The position numbers and the translations under genes were made by a program. A stretch of 64,000 nucleotides of DNA, taken from contig NC_068982.1 in assembly GCF_001194135.2 (NCBI RefSeq), forward strand, positions 158,710,068-158,774,067, written 5' to 3'. Origin of the DNA: Octopus bimaculoides. Lineage: Eukaryota. Of the stretch, positions 42,031 through 55,149 are shown one piece after another; the first letter of the stretch is position 1; each line of letters begins with the position of its first letter. The notes beneath the pieces are model-generated. The model saw only the letters and a program-made list of their open reading frames with translations. It was not told the origin of the DNA and did not search any database.

Positions 42031-42528
42031 CATGAGTCTGTACAGGTGTCTGATAACACTTTAAAATATATAAGGTCAATAACAACCTGTAATGCCGACT
42101 TTTGCAATACATCGAGATTGCAGGATATTTCAAAGATTTTCAGATGTGTTTTTTCAGATTGAGTGGTATTGAACCCAATGCACCAATGACGATAGAGGTA
42201 ATCTTTATGTTCGACTCTGGTAGCTGCCACGTCCTAGCTATCTCAATTCTCAGGTTTCCATATTTATCAACTTTTTCTCTTTCGTTTATGATGATATGTT
42301 GATCTCCGGTCACTGTTACGTCGATTATTGCGCACTCTTGTTTGTCCCTCCTAAAGGTTACTATAACCGGCCTTCGGTGCTCTAACACTTTGTCTCTCTA
42401 TAAATCAAAGTCCCAGAGGATTTTTGCCTTCTCCTTGTCGTCCATTACCTTTTCCAGTGTATGTTGGTACCAAGCACCCGTAACCTTATAGCGATATTTA
42501 CGCATATTATCCAGTCGAGGTTTTGGGC
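42030..42528 (-). mobile_element. R4/Dong-like LINE, RLE-domain fragment (older subfamily)
   Basis: WYQHTLEKV...KILWDFDL...RRP.IV...CAIIDVTVTGD...EREKVDKY..LRIEIARTW...IVIGALG. Confidence 0.88.
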
Positions 42529-42553
42529 TATTATTATTGTTATTATTATTATT

Positions 42554-43048
42554 GTTCAGTAGTTTTATTTTTATAACGTGCTTTCACTTCATTACCGAGC
42601 GCAGCTCTGTGTGCCTTGGGTATGTGCTGTAGTTTGCTGTGATGCTCTTATGGTTACTGTACTGAAAGTGTTTTGCGTAGGATGTGTGCAGTACCCAGTA
42701 GTGCAATTTTCTGTATGTTATATATATTTGTAAGTCCTGGTGTTTTTGTTATGTATTTGTCTGAATATTTTTTTTTATTATACCTAAGGCACCTACTATG
42801 ATAGGAATTGTTTCTGTTTTTAGATTCCACATTCGAGTTACCTCTATTTCCAGGTCTTTGTATTTTGAAAGTTTTTCCATTTCTTTTAGGGAAATGTTGT
42901 CATCTGCTGGTATTGATACATCAATTAGAAAGCATGTTTTTCTTCATGATCTTTGACAACTATATCTGGTCTATTATTAGCCTTAACTTCTCTATCTGTG
43001 TGCATTGGCATATCCTAGAGCATGGTTGCTTTCTCGTTTTCTGTGACC
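42554..43048 (-). mobile_element. Young 5'-truncated R4/Dong-like LINE 3' end
   Basis: RLE end plus 3' UTR, nearly identical to 52370-52830; both ends abut (TTA)n. Confidence 0.92.
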
Positions 43049-43071
43049 TATTATTATTATCATTATTATTA

Positions 43072-43130
<59 letters not shown>

Positions 43131-43159
43131 TGTTATTGTTGTTGTGGTTATTATTATTG

Positions 43160-43730
43160 TGTTCGTATTCTGCTGAGATTTCTCTGCCTCAAATTATTTG
43201 GAATGACTAGGTCGCATCGATGGAATGACTAGGTCTTACGGTAACAGGCTTGCCCCTCCCTCAAATTTGTAAGCCTTCTGACAATTTTGAAATTCTTATT
43301 ATAATTATGTCCATGCATTTTTGTGCCTACACAGATAAATATGCGATTACACTCTTGTTGCACAAGTGTACTGCACTCACTGAAAATGTGATTGATACTC
43401 TGGTCTCCGTAACTTCAGCTACTACATTTGATGTCTGAGATTTGTTGATGCATGAGCTTATCAGATTTCTTCAAGTTGCATGTCCCGGAGAAGCCAAAAT
43501 TAGCGTTTCTGTTTCTCATTTCAGTTCCCCATTTGTGAACCAAAGCCAGGTATGTTCTCGTCCAGCATTCGCGATGTGTTGTATGTAATGGCCAGGCAGT
43601 TCTTTTTCTTTCCATTTGTTTATTCTGGTGTTCTTCATTCTCTTTGAATTCTCCTAGTATTTCAGCCACTTTTTTGGTAATTATGTGGTACAGAGTAATA
43701 GAAGAATGTTTTCGGCAGCCAGAGTCACAC
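43160..43730 (-). mobile_element. R4/Dong-like LINE fragment (pre-zinc-knuckle region joined to a 3' end)
   Basis: WKEKELPGHY...TWLWFTNGELK*ETETLILA resembles the W..K.LHG...WL..G.LK.ETE..I.AAQ motif. Confidence 0.72.
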
Positions 43731-43875
43731 AAAATAGTTAATATTTCAGATACTCACAACATATTAGTCTGTTAGAAAACAAAAATTCCTAACATCCGAC
43801 TACAAAAGTAACCTTAAATGCCAATACCCCTCCTAAGTATTCTAGCCGTCCCTAATAACGTATTCTAGCTATCCT

Positions 43876-43884
43876 TATTGTTAC

Positions 43885-43939
<55 letters not shown>

Positions 43940-43973
43940 GTTGTTACTACTGTTGCTGTTGTTGTTGTTGTTG

Positions 43974-44040
<67 letters not shown>

Positions 44041-44072
44041 TGTTGCTGTTGTTGTTGTTGTTGTTGTTGTTG

Positions 44073-44109
<37 letters not shown>
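43876..44109. repeat. (TTA)n/(TTG)n compound microsatellite with a duplicated ctgttgctgttgttg module
   Basis: Directly visible. Confidence 0.97.
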
Positions 44110-45914
44110 CCTTTCTCAGCATAAAACTCATTCTTGTAAGGAGTGATAAAGCGATATTACTAAACATTGTATATTAATATTAACTTCCTTTTTCTTTTCC
44201 ATTTTTTTTTTGTTATCGACCTTACAAAGATGAAAGCCACAATCACCCCTCTCACATGTGTTATTGAGTTTAAACAGAAACAAACAAATACATATGAAAA
44301 AAATGTAACTGGATCTGAGGAGGTTCTTTTGATAATAACAATAGCATCAGCAGCAACGATAGCAATAAATAGGTATCGATTGGTGCAGAGATACAAAGAG
44401 AGGTATTTAGAGAGACAGATAGAAAGATTAGCTAAATAAGAGGAGGAAAGAGAGAGATTGAGAGAGGAAATGAGAGAGTAGGAGAGACAATATGAAGTGA
44501 ATAGCTGTCATATAAAGGAAATTCTATTCGATAGTGGGAGGTAGTCTGAAGTAAATATGCATGACATGAGTTGTTTATTGTCAGAGATTTAAATCTGAGA
44601 GAGAGAAAAAGACAGAGAGAGAAACTGTGCAGTTATGACACGAGGCAGGAGAAATATTAGAAGTAGGAAGTAGAATTCTACTAAAAATCAATATGGCAAT
44701 GGTAGGTAGACTAGATAGAGGCGGCTATGCGAATACTGTTACTATTGAATGTAAATTGTCTAATGACGACGATGATAATGATGATATTGATGGTGACGTT
44801 GATGATGGTAACGGCAACAATGATGGCAAAGACGAAGAAAATTATGACGGTTCAACGCATTCAAGGATTTTAATCGATCATACAGATTTCATTTATTTCA
44901 GTCTAGCACGTATTTCATGAAACTCTACTTGTCAAACAGCTACGTTATTGGAGATAAAACCTTACAACATTCACATTTCCAATCCACAGGGAATTTACGA
45001 CAGAGTGTTTGAAACTTGCTCTCGCACAATTCTATTTGTGTGTACTCACTTACCACTGAAGCAATGAGTTTAGTTTAGGGGAATTATCCGTTCTAGATAT
45101 GGATAATAGGCATATTTGAAAGAGAATTACAAATGTATCTACACACGAAATATCTTTAGACAGAGATGAGTTATGAACAGATTTCTCCGAAATATCACTA
45201 GGTATGTTACTTTGATGAAATCACGAACATAAACATGTATGTAAAATAATCATTGGTGAATAGAGAGTAGTCTTGTTAGGATTCCCTCGAGTTGGATTTC
45301 AGAACACGTGGAAATTATGCACATGTAGAATCACACACATGCATATATAATCACGGACACCAGCTCCCCCTCTCCATCTCTCTATCTATCTCTCTCGCTC
45401 TCTCTCTCTCACACACACACACACTAACACACGCACGCACGTACAAACATACAAATATATATATACGCGCATATGTATATCATGATACGAACATTCTACT
45501 TCATATTTCCGCAATAACTTTCATAAATACCTATTCGAAAACTGGACAAATGTTTCATCTTCTGCACACATATTCTAGACCATTTCTATAAGTTTCAAAC
45601 TATATTTAATAAGATAAGACAAAATATCTATATTTCACAATAAAATGCTGTCAAACATAAATACCCTCACAAGACAGAGTAATTATTAAAAGAGATATGA
45701 ACATTTGAAACAAACAATTTTAAACGAATATATGTTATTTTTTTTTCGAACATATAAACCGTACACCAATCAAATACACCTTTAACTTGGCAAGATCAGT
45801 CCACACATCTGTACCACAATAAGAAAATCAAGACAAAGGTTTAAGAAAAGCTTGAAAGTATATCACTCAAAAAATATATGCAGTAACATTAATCAATAAA
45901 GGAATAATGTGTTG

Positions 45915-46015
45915 TGTTTAGAAACGTGCTTCCTAACCGCATTGTTCCCCGTTCAGTTTTACTACGCGGCAACTTGGGCAGTCAAAGCTTTGTGAATAGG
46001 TTTGATAGACCTCAG
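45915..46015 (+). mobile_element. Internally deleted SINE head
   Basis: gcttcctaaccgcattgttccccgttcag...gcggcaacttgggca|gtcaaagctttgtgaataggtttgatagac. Confidence 0.6.
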
Positions 46016-46580
46016 TTCCAGGACATTGGAGATAGATTGATAGATATATAGTAAGATACATAGACAGACAGACAGACAGACAGATAGATAGATAGATATA
46101 TAGATAGATAGATAGATGAATAGATAGATAGATAGATAGACAGACAGATAGATACGTAGAGGGAGGGAGGGGGAGGTAATTCTTTTCAATTTGGAATGTT
46201 TCCTTCCATTTATCTATATAGTTACTGATTTACAATTGTATAGCTACTGGCATGAGACATGAGTTCAAGAATGGTAACCTATTTTAGGATAGAGAAAATA
46301 CTTGAAAATGGATAGCGTACAGTCATAACTGAAAACATTTTTTTCTTAAGGTGCCAGAAGGAAGATAAGAATTTCTATGAAAAATTAAATATATATATAT
46401 ATGAATATATANNNNNNNNNNNNNNNNNNNNNNNNNNNNNNNNNNNNNNNNNNNNNNNNNNNNNNNNNNNNNNNNNNNNNNNNNNNNNNNNNNNNNNNNN
46501 NNNNNNNNNNNNNNNNNNNNNNNNNNNNNNNNNNNNNNNNNNNNNNNNNNNNNNNNNNNNNNNNNNNNNNNNNNNNNNNN

Positions 46581-46624
<44 letters not shown>

Positions 46625-46839
46625 CGTATGTGTGCCTGTGTGTCCATGTATTTGGAAATATGTCTATGTTTATGCTGTGTAATTTCGATTCAGGTTTCTT
46701 TTAATTTCATGTTTTTCCATAAAGAAATATTGGTGCAATATTTACAAATTAGAAAAATAAAACCTATTGTTACAGAGATGAGCATCATGTTATAAATATT
46801 GGGGCAGAAACTACAGAATCCACATGCAGCTTATTAGAC

Positions 46840-47067
46840 AAGATTCCGTTAAGAAAGCATATGGAAATATGCAGCGAAGGAAAATTCAAAATTTTTCCCT
46901 TTTACAAATGTTCACGGGATGATCCTCAATACCATAAGCAATGGAGCTACACTATATTCCAAAAATGTTGTCCAAAATTGAATGTTTGAAAGAAAACTGG
47001 AGGATTTGCATTTCTGATTCTGAATGTAGCTCCCAAATTGGAAACATGATACTCATCTCTATAAATA

Positions 47068-47070
<3 letters not shown>
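46840..47070 (+). mobile_element. PLE GIY-YIG C-terminus and 3' flank
   Basis: LRKHMEICSEGKFKIFPFYKC...TIFQKCCPKLNV* resembles PLE ORF ends (H...C...F.I.PF....E..FI....P.LN). Confidence 0.55.
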
Positions 47071-47103
<33 letters not shown>

Positions 47104-47664
47104 NNNNNNNNNNNNNNNNNNNNNNNNNNNNNNNNNNNNNNNNNNNNNNNNNNNNNNNNNNNNNNNNNNNNNNNNNNNNNNNNNNNNNNNNNNNNNNNNN
47201 NNNNNNNNNNNNNNNNNNNNNNNNNNNNNNNNNNNNNNNNNNNNNNNNNNNNNNNNNNNNNNNNNNNNNNNNNNNNNNNNNNNNNNNNNNNNNNNNNNNN
47301 NNNNNNNNNNNNNNNNNNNNNNNNNNNNNNNNNNNNNNNNNNNNNNNNNNNNNNNNNNNNNNNNNNNNNNNNNNNNNNNNNNNNNNNNNNNNNNNNNNNN
47401 NNNNNNNNNNNNNNNNNNNNNNNNNNNNNNNNNNNNNNNNNNNNNNNNNNNNNNNNNNNNNNNNNNNNNNNNNNNNNNNNNNNNNNNNNNNNNNNNNNNN
47501 NNNNNNNNNNNNNNNNNNNNNNNNNNNNNNNNNNNNNNNNNNNNNNNNNNNNNNNNNNNNNNNNNNNNNNNNNNNNNNNNNNNNNNNNNNNNNNNNNNNN
47601 NNNNNNNNNNNNNNNNNNNNNNNNNNNNNNNNNNNNNNNNNNNNNNNNNNNNNNNNNNNNNNNN

Positions 47665-47900
47665 CACGTAAACAAAAGCAATATTCTCCTCTTCTAAACA
47701 TAAAAAAACCCCTGATTTCTATAAATGAATAACCTGTTTTCACATTCACTATTTTATTTGACAAGTTCGAGGACGAACGAAAGCTCTAATAATAATAACT
47801 AAATAGTTTAGGAAGGTATAATAATGAGACTCCAGCAAATAAGATCTGAAGAAGGAATTCTAATTCCGAAATATCATCGGACTACAGTTTACCAAGTTAC
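47665..47900 (+). mobile_element. PLE-like 3' end carrying a minimal hammerhead
   Basis: RKQKQYSPLLNIKK...* resembles the P.LN ORF end and is followed about 115 nt later by the hammerhead motif at 47843. Confidence 0.5.
47843..47878 (+). ncRNA. Minimal type I hammerhead ribozyme motif
   Basis: GAU-CUGAAGA-A-GGAAU(UCUA)AUUCC-GAAA-UA-UC^-AUC. All core nucleotides present; helix I 3 bp, helix II 5 bp, palindromic AUAU in place of helix III. Confidence 0.65.
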
Positions 47901-48159
47901 AACAGGTATACAGTCCATTTTTTTGTTCTGTAGTGCATTGTTATACCTTCCTAAACTTTTTATTCTTTACAAACAATACACAATGCTTCAAGCGAACTAC
48001 AATACTCTCCAATAACTAAATAGTAAAAAATAAACTCGCTTTCCAAAATTCTGACGACATCCACTTTACTCAATATTCAATATCTATACACCACTTCTAA
48101 CACTCTATACATATTTATATCTACGTATGTATATCTATCTATCTATCTATCTATCTATA

Positions 48160-48213
<54 letters not shown>

Positions 48214-51200
48214 CGTACATACATACATACATACATACATACGAATATGTTTGGAGTCATGACGTGTTCAGTAAATTTATTAATGACCTTTAACCCTAGT
48301 AAGGAAATTGGGTGTTAATGTACATTTCGAATTTTGCATGTCCTGTGGTGTGGGTGCGATAAGGCGTGGGGCATCTTTGAGAATTATGTGAGGGTGCCTG
48401 TGTGAATGTGTCTGTGACTGCATCTGAATGAGTGCAGGCGTGTGCTATATGGAGGCAGTGTTTATGTGATCTCTGTATGTGTCGGGATGGGTCCATTTTT
48501 GTTTCTCTATGCCTGCATAACTGCATGCGTGTGTGATTGACTGACATACATACATGTGTTGGTGTGTGCTGACAGGTGCCCACGAGTATTATCATTCATC
48601 TTTGCGTGTATACGTCTTTGCATTGATTTAAGCGTTTGTATATTCGCGTCTATTTGACTGCGTTTCACTAACTGTTACATTCTCTCAATACAGTGAAACA
48701 GAAATGTAAATCTCCCATCTTAAAACTCTATTGTCCCAACTGAGGAGTCTTCTATGCACTGTGAATTACATCTGGTATTTTTGCATCGTCCCACACCAAC
48801 AGGGGTGCAGTGCATCTTGAAGATGAAACAATTTATGTGATAATATAATTTTTTTCTGTTGGTACATTTCGTCTTCTCGTTTTATCTTGAATATATACTC
48901 AACGTTCATGTTGGAACTCATGGAATTATTACAACGATGTTTCATGCCTAGTATCGCCGATGATGCCTGATAGCCAAAAGTGGTGCACTTGCTCCGCAGA
49001 CATAGGATCTGGGACTTACCCTGAAATAAAGTTTCGATAGTGTGCTTAACATGTATTTCACAAACACGTGCACACGTACACACATATGTACACACTCACA
49101 CATACACCCCTCTTATATATGAAACAATATATGAAACAATATATATATATGTCTGTGTATATTTATATATACGTATGTATACATATATATATATATGCAT
49201 GTATGTATATATGTATGATTTGTATAAATGCGTTTATTTTCATTTCATTTAAAAATTTTTAAAATATTGTTTGCTTCTATTTCCATTTTGATTCCATCAC
49301 GATATGTTCTTTTGTTTATTTATTTCGATGTCAATTACTATTTCTGCAGAAAATATTTTTACACGACCATTGGTAATTATTTTCTTTTATTGTCCTATCT
49401 AATTATAGATTACAAAATATTGCAGTATTTTTGGTACGATGTGTCACACAATGGAATGTAAAATCATATCGCCGTCTAAATATAGACTAGTGTTGATGTA
49501 CTTCGTATTTAACACAGGTTCAGCATATCACCAAAGCCCTTTTTATCATTTTATTATATCCCACGTATTCCGATTCCAGTGGTACCTTATTGAATTGTTT
49601 TCTTTTTTTTTTTCCTTTTAAGATAATAGAACGGAATTTTAAAGGTATTTAATTGCTAATTGTAATATATCAACCGACTGCAAAGAGGTCCGTCTTTTCC
49701 ATGCAGGGAATATAATTTTACAATCTGTGAAAATATTATTCGACTAAAGTAAAATAGATCTAATATCAAAATAATAAAATAATGAAATAAAGTAAAAAAA
49801 AATTGAACATCTTAATTGTTCACTGGAGTGTCTCTGTATCATTTGAATGGTTATAGATAAAAAGTGAATCTTTTTCGAATTATTCCATCTACCTTGAAAT
49901 AGGGAAGACCAGATGTTTTACTCATATTCCTAGACACCAGACAAAAATGTTCCATCTAGCATATTTTGTCCCTCCTCAATACATGTTGGCTTATTTCTTA
50001 CTCGTAGCAATTGCCATAGCAATAAGAAAAAAACATACAAATAAGAAATAAAACTCCAAACATCAAAACTGGATGAGTAAATGCCATTAAAAGAAATGAT
50101 GTCAACAATTTATATAACCCTGTAATTTCCTATAGCTACTTCTTCGGAACAGGATGAAAAATAGCCTTAAATTATTGAAAACGTTGTCCTTGTCATCTTG
50201 ACAAAAACCTCAGCGGAAAAAGGTATTTGTTGAAAAACATTTTGAACTGTATTAAAGACTAAATACTTCCAAGTTATATGTATATGGGTTGTTCAAAATA
50301 TATATTACCCAGTATCTGAAAAATTGTAAATGTTTGAAATGGAAAAAGCACAACTGTAATCAACCTGTGTGTGTTTCTCTGAGCGTTTGTGCGTGTGTGT
50401 ATGTGTATGTGTGTGTGTGTCTGTGTGTGTGTGTGTGTGTGTGCGCGCGCGCGTGCGTGCGTGTTTCTGTGTACTTGTGAGTGTTCTAGTATGTGTCTGT
50501 GCCTGTATGCTCAACTACAAAAAGCATAAAGACTAAAATAATTGGTAATTACTTGAAGTGAACAACGAGAAATTAAAAATTCAGTGTTGCCTGTTTATAG
50601 ACACTATTAGAATAGTGGTAGACATAAAAGGGATACAATCAATTTAAAATACACTATACGCTAAAGACCTATGCATTTATCTCATTGGCTCACATGTGTG
50701 TGTGTATATGTGTGTGAGTGCATCTCAGCTTGTGTGTGTGTTTGTGTGTTTGTGTGTGTGTGTGTGTGTGCGTGTGCCTGCGTGCCTGCGTGTGAGTGTG
50801 TCCATATATAGAAAGAGTGAGAGAGATACATATCTTGATATTTCATAGTGTGCTTTAATGCGACTCATGTCACCAGAATTAGATTAATAAGGAATGTAGA
50901 GCAACATTCTTCTCGTCTACATGTTTTGTGCGCAGTATTTGTATCATCCATGCAAATAAGATGCGTCAAATGATTTTTTTTTAATTATAAGAGATGCCAA
51001 ATTGATTTAATTTCGCATGCATACTGATGTCTCAAGTGATTGCGTACTGCAGTTATCCACTTGCATCGCTCATTTCACAATCGAAATATACCCAGTAGAC
51101 TAGGTAAAAAAAAATATATGTCCTTTTATGTTCATGTTTATGTATGAACGGAACCCCACGCTCTGAAACAGCTTTTCTTCTCCTTCCCTCTTACTCACTA

Positions 51201-51949
51201 TCATACACTTGGTTGGTTTGTACTATTTTCTTCTGTTCCGTCCTACAAGACATGCTAACGCCTCCCTCATATTTCTCATGTTACCTATTCTTTCTTAACT
51301 GGCTACTGTCAGTATCTACATCTGATTTGCCTGCCATTTGTAAATTAGTTTCAGCTCTCGTCGGTTTGTTTAATTTTTATAAAAATATTGTATTCTATTC
51401 TCAAGTCCTAGAGGACCACCATCTTTTATAATAACGTCAGTTCTCGCAATTTGTCTTCTTTTTGTCGACAAGTCGAAAAACTTTCTATGCATACGGATCT
51501 TTATATATCGCTTAATATTTGTTTTTCCCATTATTTTGCCTCGTCATGTCTTTCGTAAACAATTTTCCTTTTAATTCGTCTTTATTTACCCTTCAGTCAA
51601 CAGACATTAGCTTTTCAAGCAATATTGTTTGAAGTTGTCAAAATTAGGATGATGCTTAATCGGCAACTGATGAGGGAATAAGTTTGTATGCTTTCTTTGT
51701 GTGTAAGTGTGTGTTAGTGTGTGTTTATTTTTAGTGTTTCTCTGTTTTTTTTTTCTGTAAATTCCCTTGTTGTCCTACAATACCACATTTTATGATTGTT
51801 ACTGTGTTATAGTCATTACATATCGTTTCTAACATCGCTATCAATATCGTTAATAATCATATATCATAATAATTACAATAATCTTTTTCATTATTGTCAT
51901 TTTTTTTCATGGAGCTCTGACTTTTAATTCCTCCTGCTAATTCTGTAAG

Positions 51950-52295
51950 AGCTGGTACCAACCTGTTGTCAAGGTTCTCACAGGTTCTTCTTTCACAATA
52001 CTTAACATCCACGTGCCGATCTGAAAATCCTTGCAGCCCCCATTAAAGCAACATTCTGAGCGTGTTCTGTTCTCATGCTGACCACAATTCCGCGAACAAT
52101 TTTCTCTAACCTAGTTGTTAATGCTCTCGGTGCACCTACATTTCCTAGGATGATAATCACATTCCTCATTGTACATATTCGAGCAATTATATCTTTTACT
52201 GGTTTGTACTTTTTAAACTTTTCGAGCTCATCATCATCAACTAATATATCCACAGATATGGCAATATATATGAGCTTCGTTTCTTGTATCATTTC
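51950..52295 (-). mobile_element. Old R4/Dong-like LINE 3' end
   Basis: ELEKFKKY...IIILGNVGA...QNVALMGAARIFRSARGC* (cf. LQK.ALLGTARILR). Confidence 0.7.
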
Positions 52296-52301
52296 ATTTC
52301 A

Positions 52302-52369
<68 letters not shown>

Positions 52370-52985
52370 GTTCAGTAGTCTTATTTTTATAACGTGCTTT
52401 CACTTCACTACCGAGTGCAGCTCTGTGCGCCTTGGGTATGTGCTGTGGTTTGCTGTGGTGCTCTTATGTTTACTGTATTGAAAGTGTTTTGCGTAGAATG
52501 TGTGCAGTACCCAGTAGTGCAATTTTCTGTATGTTATATATATTTGTAAGTCCTGGTGTTTTTGTTATGTATTGGTCTGAATATTTTTTTTTATTATACC
52601 TAAGGCACCTACTNNNNNNNNNNNNNNNNNNNNNNNNNNNNNNNNNNNNNNNNNNNNNNNNNNNNNNNNNNNNNNNNNNNNNNNNNNNNNNNNNNNNNNN
52701 NNNNNNNNNNNNNNGCATTTTTTTTCTTCATGATCTTTGACAACTATATCTGGTCTATTTGCCTTAATTTCTCTATCTGTGTGTATTGGCATATCCCAGA
52801 GTATGGTTGCTTTCTCGTTTTCTGTGACCTTTTCTGGCGTGTGCTTATACCATCTTTTTTCTGTTGTTATTCCATAGTGTTGGCATAGCTTCCAGTGTAT
52901 ATAGGTCCCAGCTCTGTCGTGTCTGTGAATATATTCCTTCTTAGCCAGGACTGGGCAGCCAGAGATAATATGATTTATTGTTTGT
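52370..52985 (-). mobile_element. Young 5'-truncated R4/Dong-like LINE 3' end, with an internal gap
   Basis: PIHTDREIKANRPDIVVKD...VGALGIIKK...IQKIALLGTAHILRKTLSIQ*; both ends abut (TTA)n. Confidence 0.93.
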
Positions 52986-52991
52986 TACTAC

Positions 52992-53048
<57 letters not shown>

Positions 53049-53049
<1 letters not shown>

Positions 53050-53843
53050 TCTCTTTATCACAGGTTTTATTGGAGCTGCTGGAGCTTAGATGCGTTACGG
53101 GCTTGCTACCTGCAGCCTTCGGTACCATGCAATCAAGTCTTTTCAGCTATCTAATACTTTCCTGATTATTCTGGGCGTGCCAAGATGTCAAACCTTTTGT
53201 TACAGTTCTGTTGGGCACTCTATCCCAATTTCCTTTATATTACCCTTGAATGCCTTTTGGCACTATTCATGACAATAATTGGCACTAGCTTCGCTTTCTT
53301 CGTTTCTCATAGCCAGGCTACTTTGTACTTAAGAAGGTTGTGTTTATCTATCTTTTCGCCTTCCTTCTTCACTATTCGTGGGTCTAAGGGCTTTCAACAC
53401 CAACTATATAGCATATGTGGTGCATGTTGTCCCCCCCCCTCACCTCTAGCATCTGATCTGTTTCGATTGGGAAATCCCAGAGGATTTTACAAGTATTCGA
53501 CTCAATCATTCTCTGCGGTTTGTGCTCATATCACGTCCTGCCTTTCTTTATCTCCAGCTTGTCAAACAGTTTCCAGTGTAGCACGTTCGCTACCTGATCG
53601 TGTCGCCACAACTTGCACTGGTTTTGGATAACTCTAGGGAATTCGTTTGTGATATGAGCAATGGTTTCACCCACTCTATTGCAGATGCAGTACATCGGGG
53701 ACACTTTCTCACTCTTAAGGTTGAACCTCCAGTTCGTGGCCAAAGCTTTTTCTTGCGCTGCCAGTATAGTGCTCTCGGTCTCTTTTTTAGGGTTCCTTTC
53801 ATCAGCCATTGCCAACTATTTTTTCCAGCAACTTCTGTGTGGT
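53049..53843 (-). mobile_element. R4/Dong-like LINE 3' fragment (zinc knuckle plus RLE), older subfamily
   Basis: KETESTILAAQEKAL...C.ICNRVGETIAHI...RHDQVANVLHWKL, ending GTPRIIRKVLDS* then 3' UTR. Confidence 0.88.
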
Positions 53844-53916
53844 TAATAATAATAATAATAATAATAATAATTATTATTATTATTAGAAGAAGAAGAAGAA
53901 GAAGAAGAAGAAGAAG

Positions 53917-53968
<52 letters not shown>

Positions 53969-53995
53969 ACAACAACAAAAACTACAACGACAATA
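53844..53995. repeat. Compound (AAT)n(TTA)n(GAA)n(CAA)n microsatellite
   Basis: Directly visible. Confidence 0.97.
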
Positions 53996-54544
53996 ACAAT
54001 AAGAAAGAACACCGCGGGTTCCCTCTCGCCGAACACACAAACGATCATCACTGGAAAATTGTTTTAATGTTTACTAACTACAATTCTCTGTAAAATCTTA
54101 GCCCTTCTTTTCTCCCAGACTACCCGAATATGTAAACGTACTTTTTATTGAAACAACACTATTAAACGCGCGATAAAACATACAATTTCTTCCAAGATTA
54201 CTATTAGACGCACAACAAAAAATTCCTCCAAAATAAGTTGAAAATCTTCCATATACACAATTTTCTCTGACCAAATACATAAACGATCACCTTTAAAAAC
54301 TTTGAAACTTTANNNNNNNNNNNNNNNNNNNNNNNNNNNNNNNNNNNNNNNNNNNNNNNNNNNNNNNNNNNNNNNNNNNNNNNNNNNNNNNNNNNNNNNN
54401 NNNNNNNNNNNNNNNNNNNNNNNNNNNNNNNNNNNNNNNNNNNNNNNNNNNNNNNNNNNNNNNNNNNNNNNNNNNNNNNNNNNNNNNNNNNNNNNNNNNN
54501 NNNNNNNNNNNNNNNNNNNNNNNNNNNNNNNNNNNNNNNNNNNN

Positions 54545-54600
<56 letters not shown>

Positions 54601-54967
54601 ATATATATTATTGATATTCCTTCTATTAGTAATTAAAACAGAACAGGGTGAGTTAGCCCTTTCCAAAGTCACCTCTCTCTTTGGTCGCTTGTACTAGCAA
54701 AAACATTGATCTCTGCTGACCGCATTGGTGTGATGCCTCCTTTGATTCCTGATCCCACTACTATTTCTGCTACTGTTGATGCTACTACTACAACAAATAA
54801 TAATAATAGTGATTTGCCTGTGGACAAACACAAATGCGACAGCGTTTACAACCTGCTAACAGAACATATACATACCTCTTACCACTTCTAACATCGTCAC
54901 CGCCAACGCCATCACCAAAGCTATCGCCATCCTACTGCTTGATGGTTCTGTCTTTTGTTTCCCTGTT

Positions 54968-55050
<83 letters not shown>

Positions 55051-55149
55051 CTGTCAATTCAATGTCTTCCTCTTTCTACGATGCTACATGAATACTATCG
55101 GCTTGCCATTTGACGCCTTCTAAACGGCAGGTCATGACATGAATTAATT

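Noticed and set aside
45040-45100. Minus-strand donor cagtg|gtaagt
   Set aside because: The phase-1 frame has a stop a few codons upstream.
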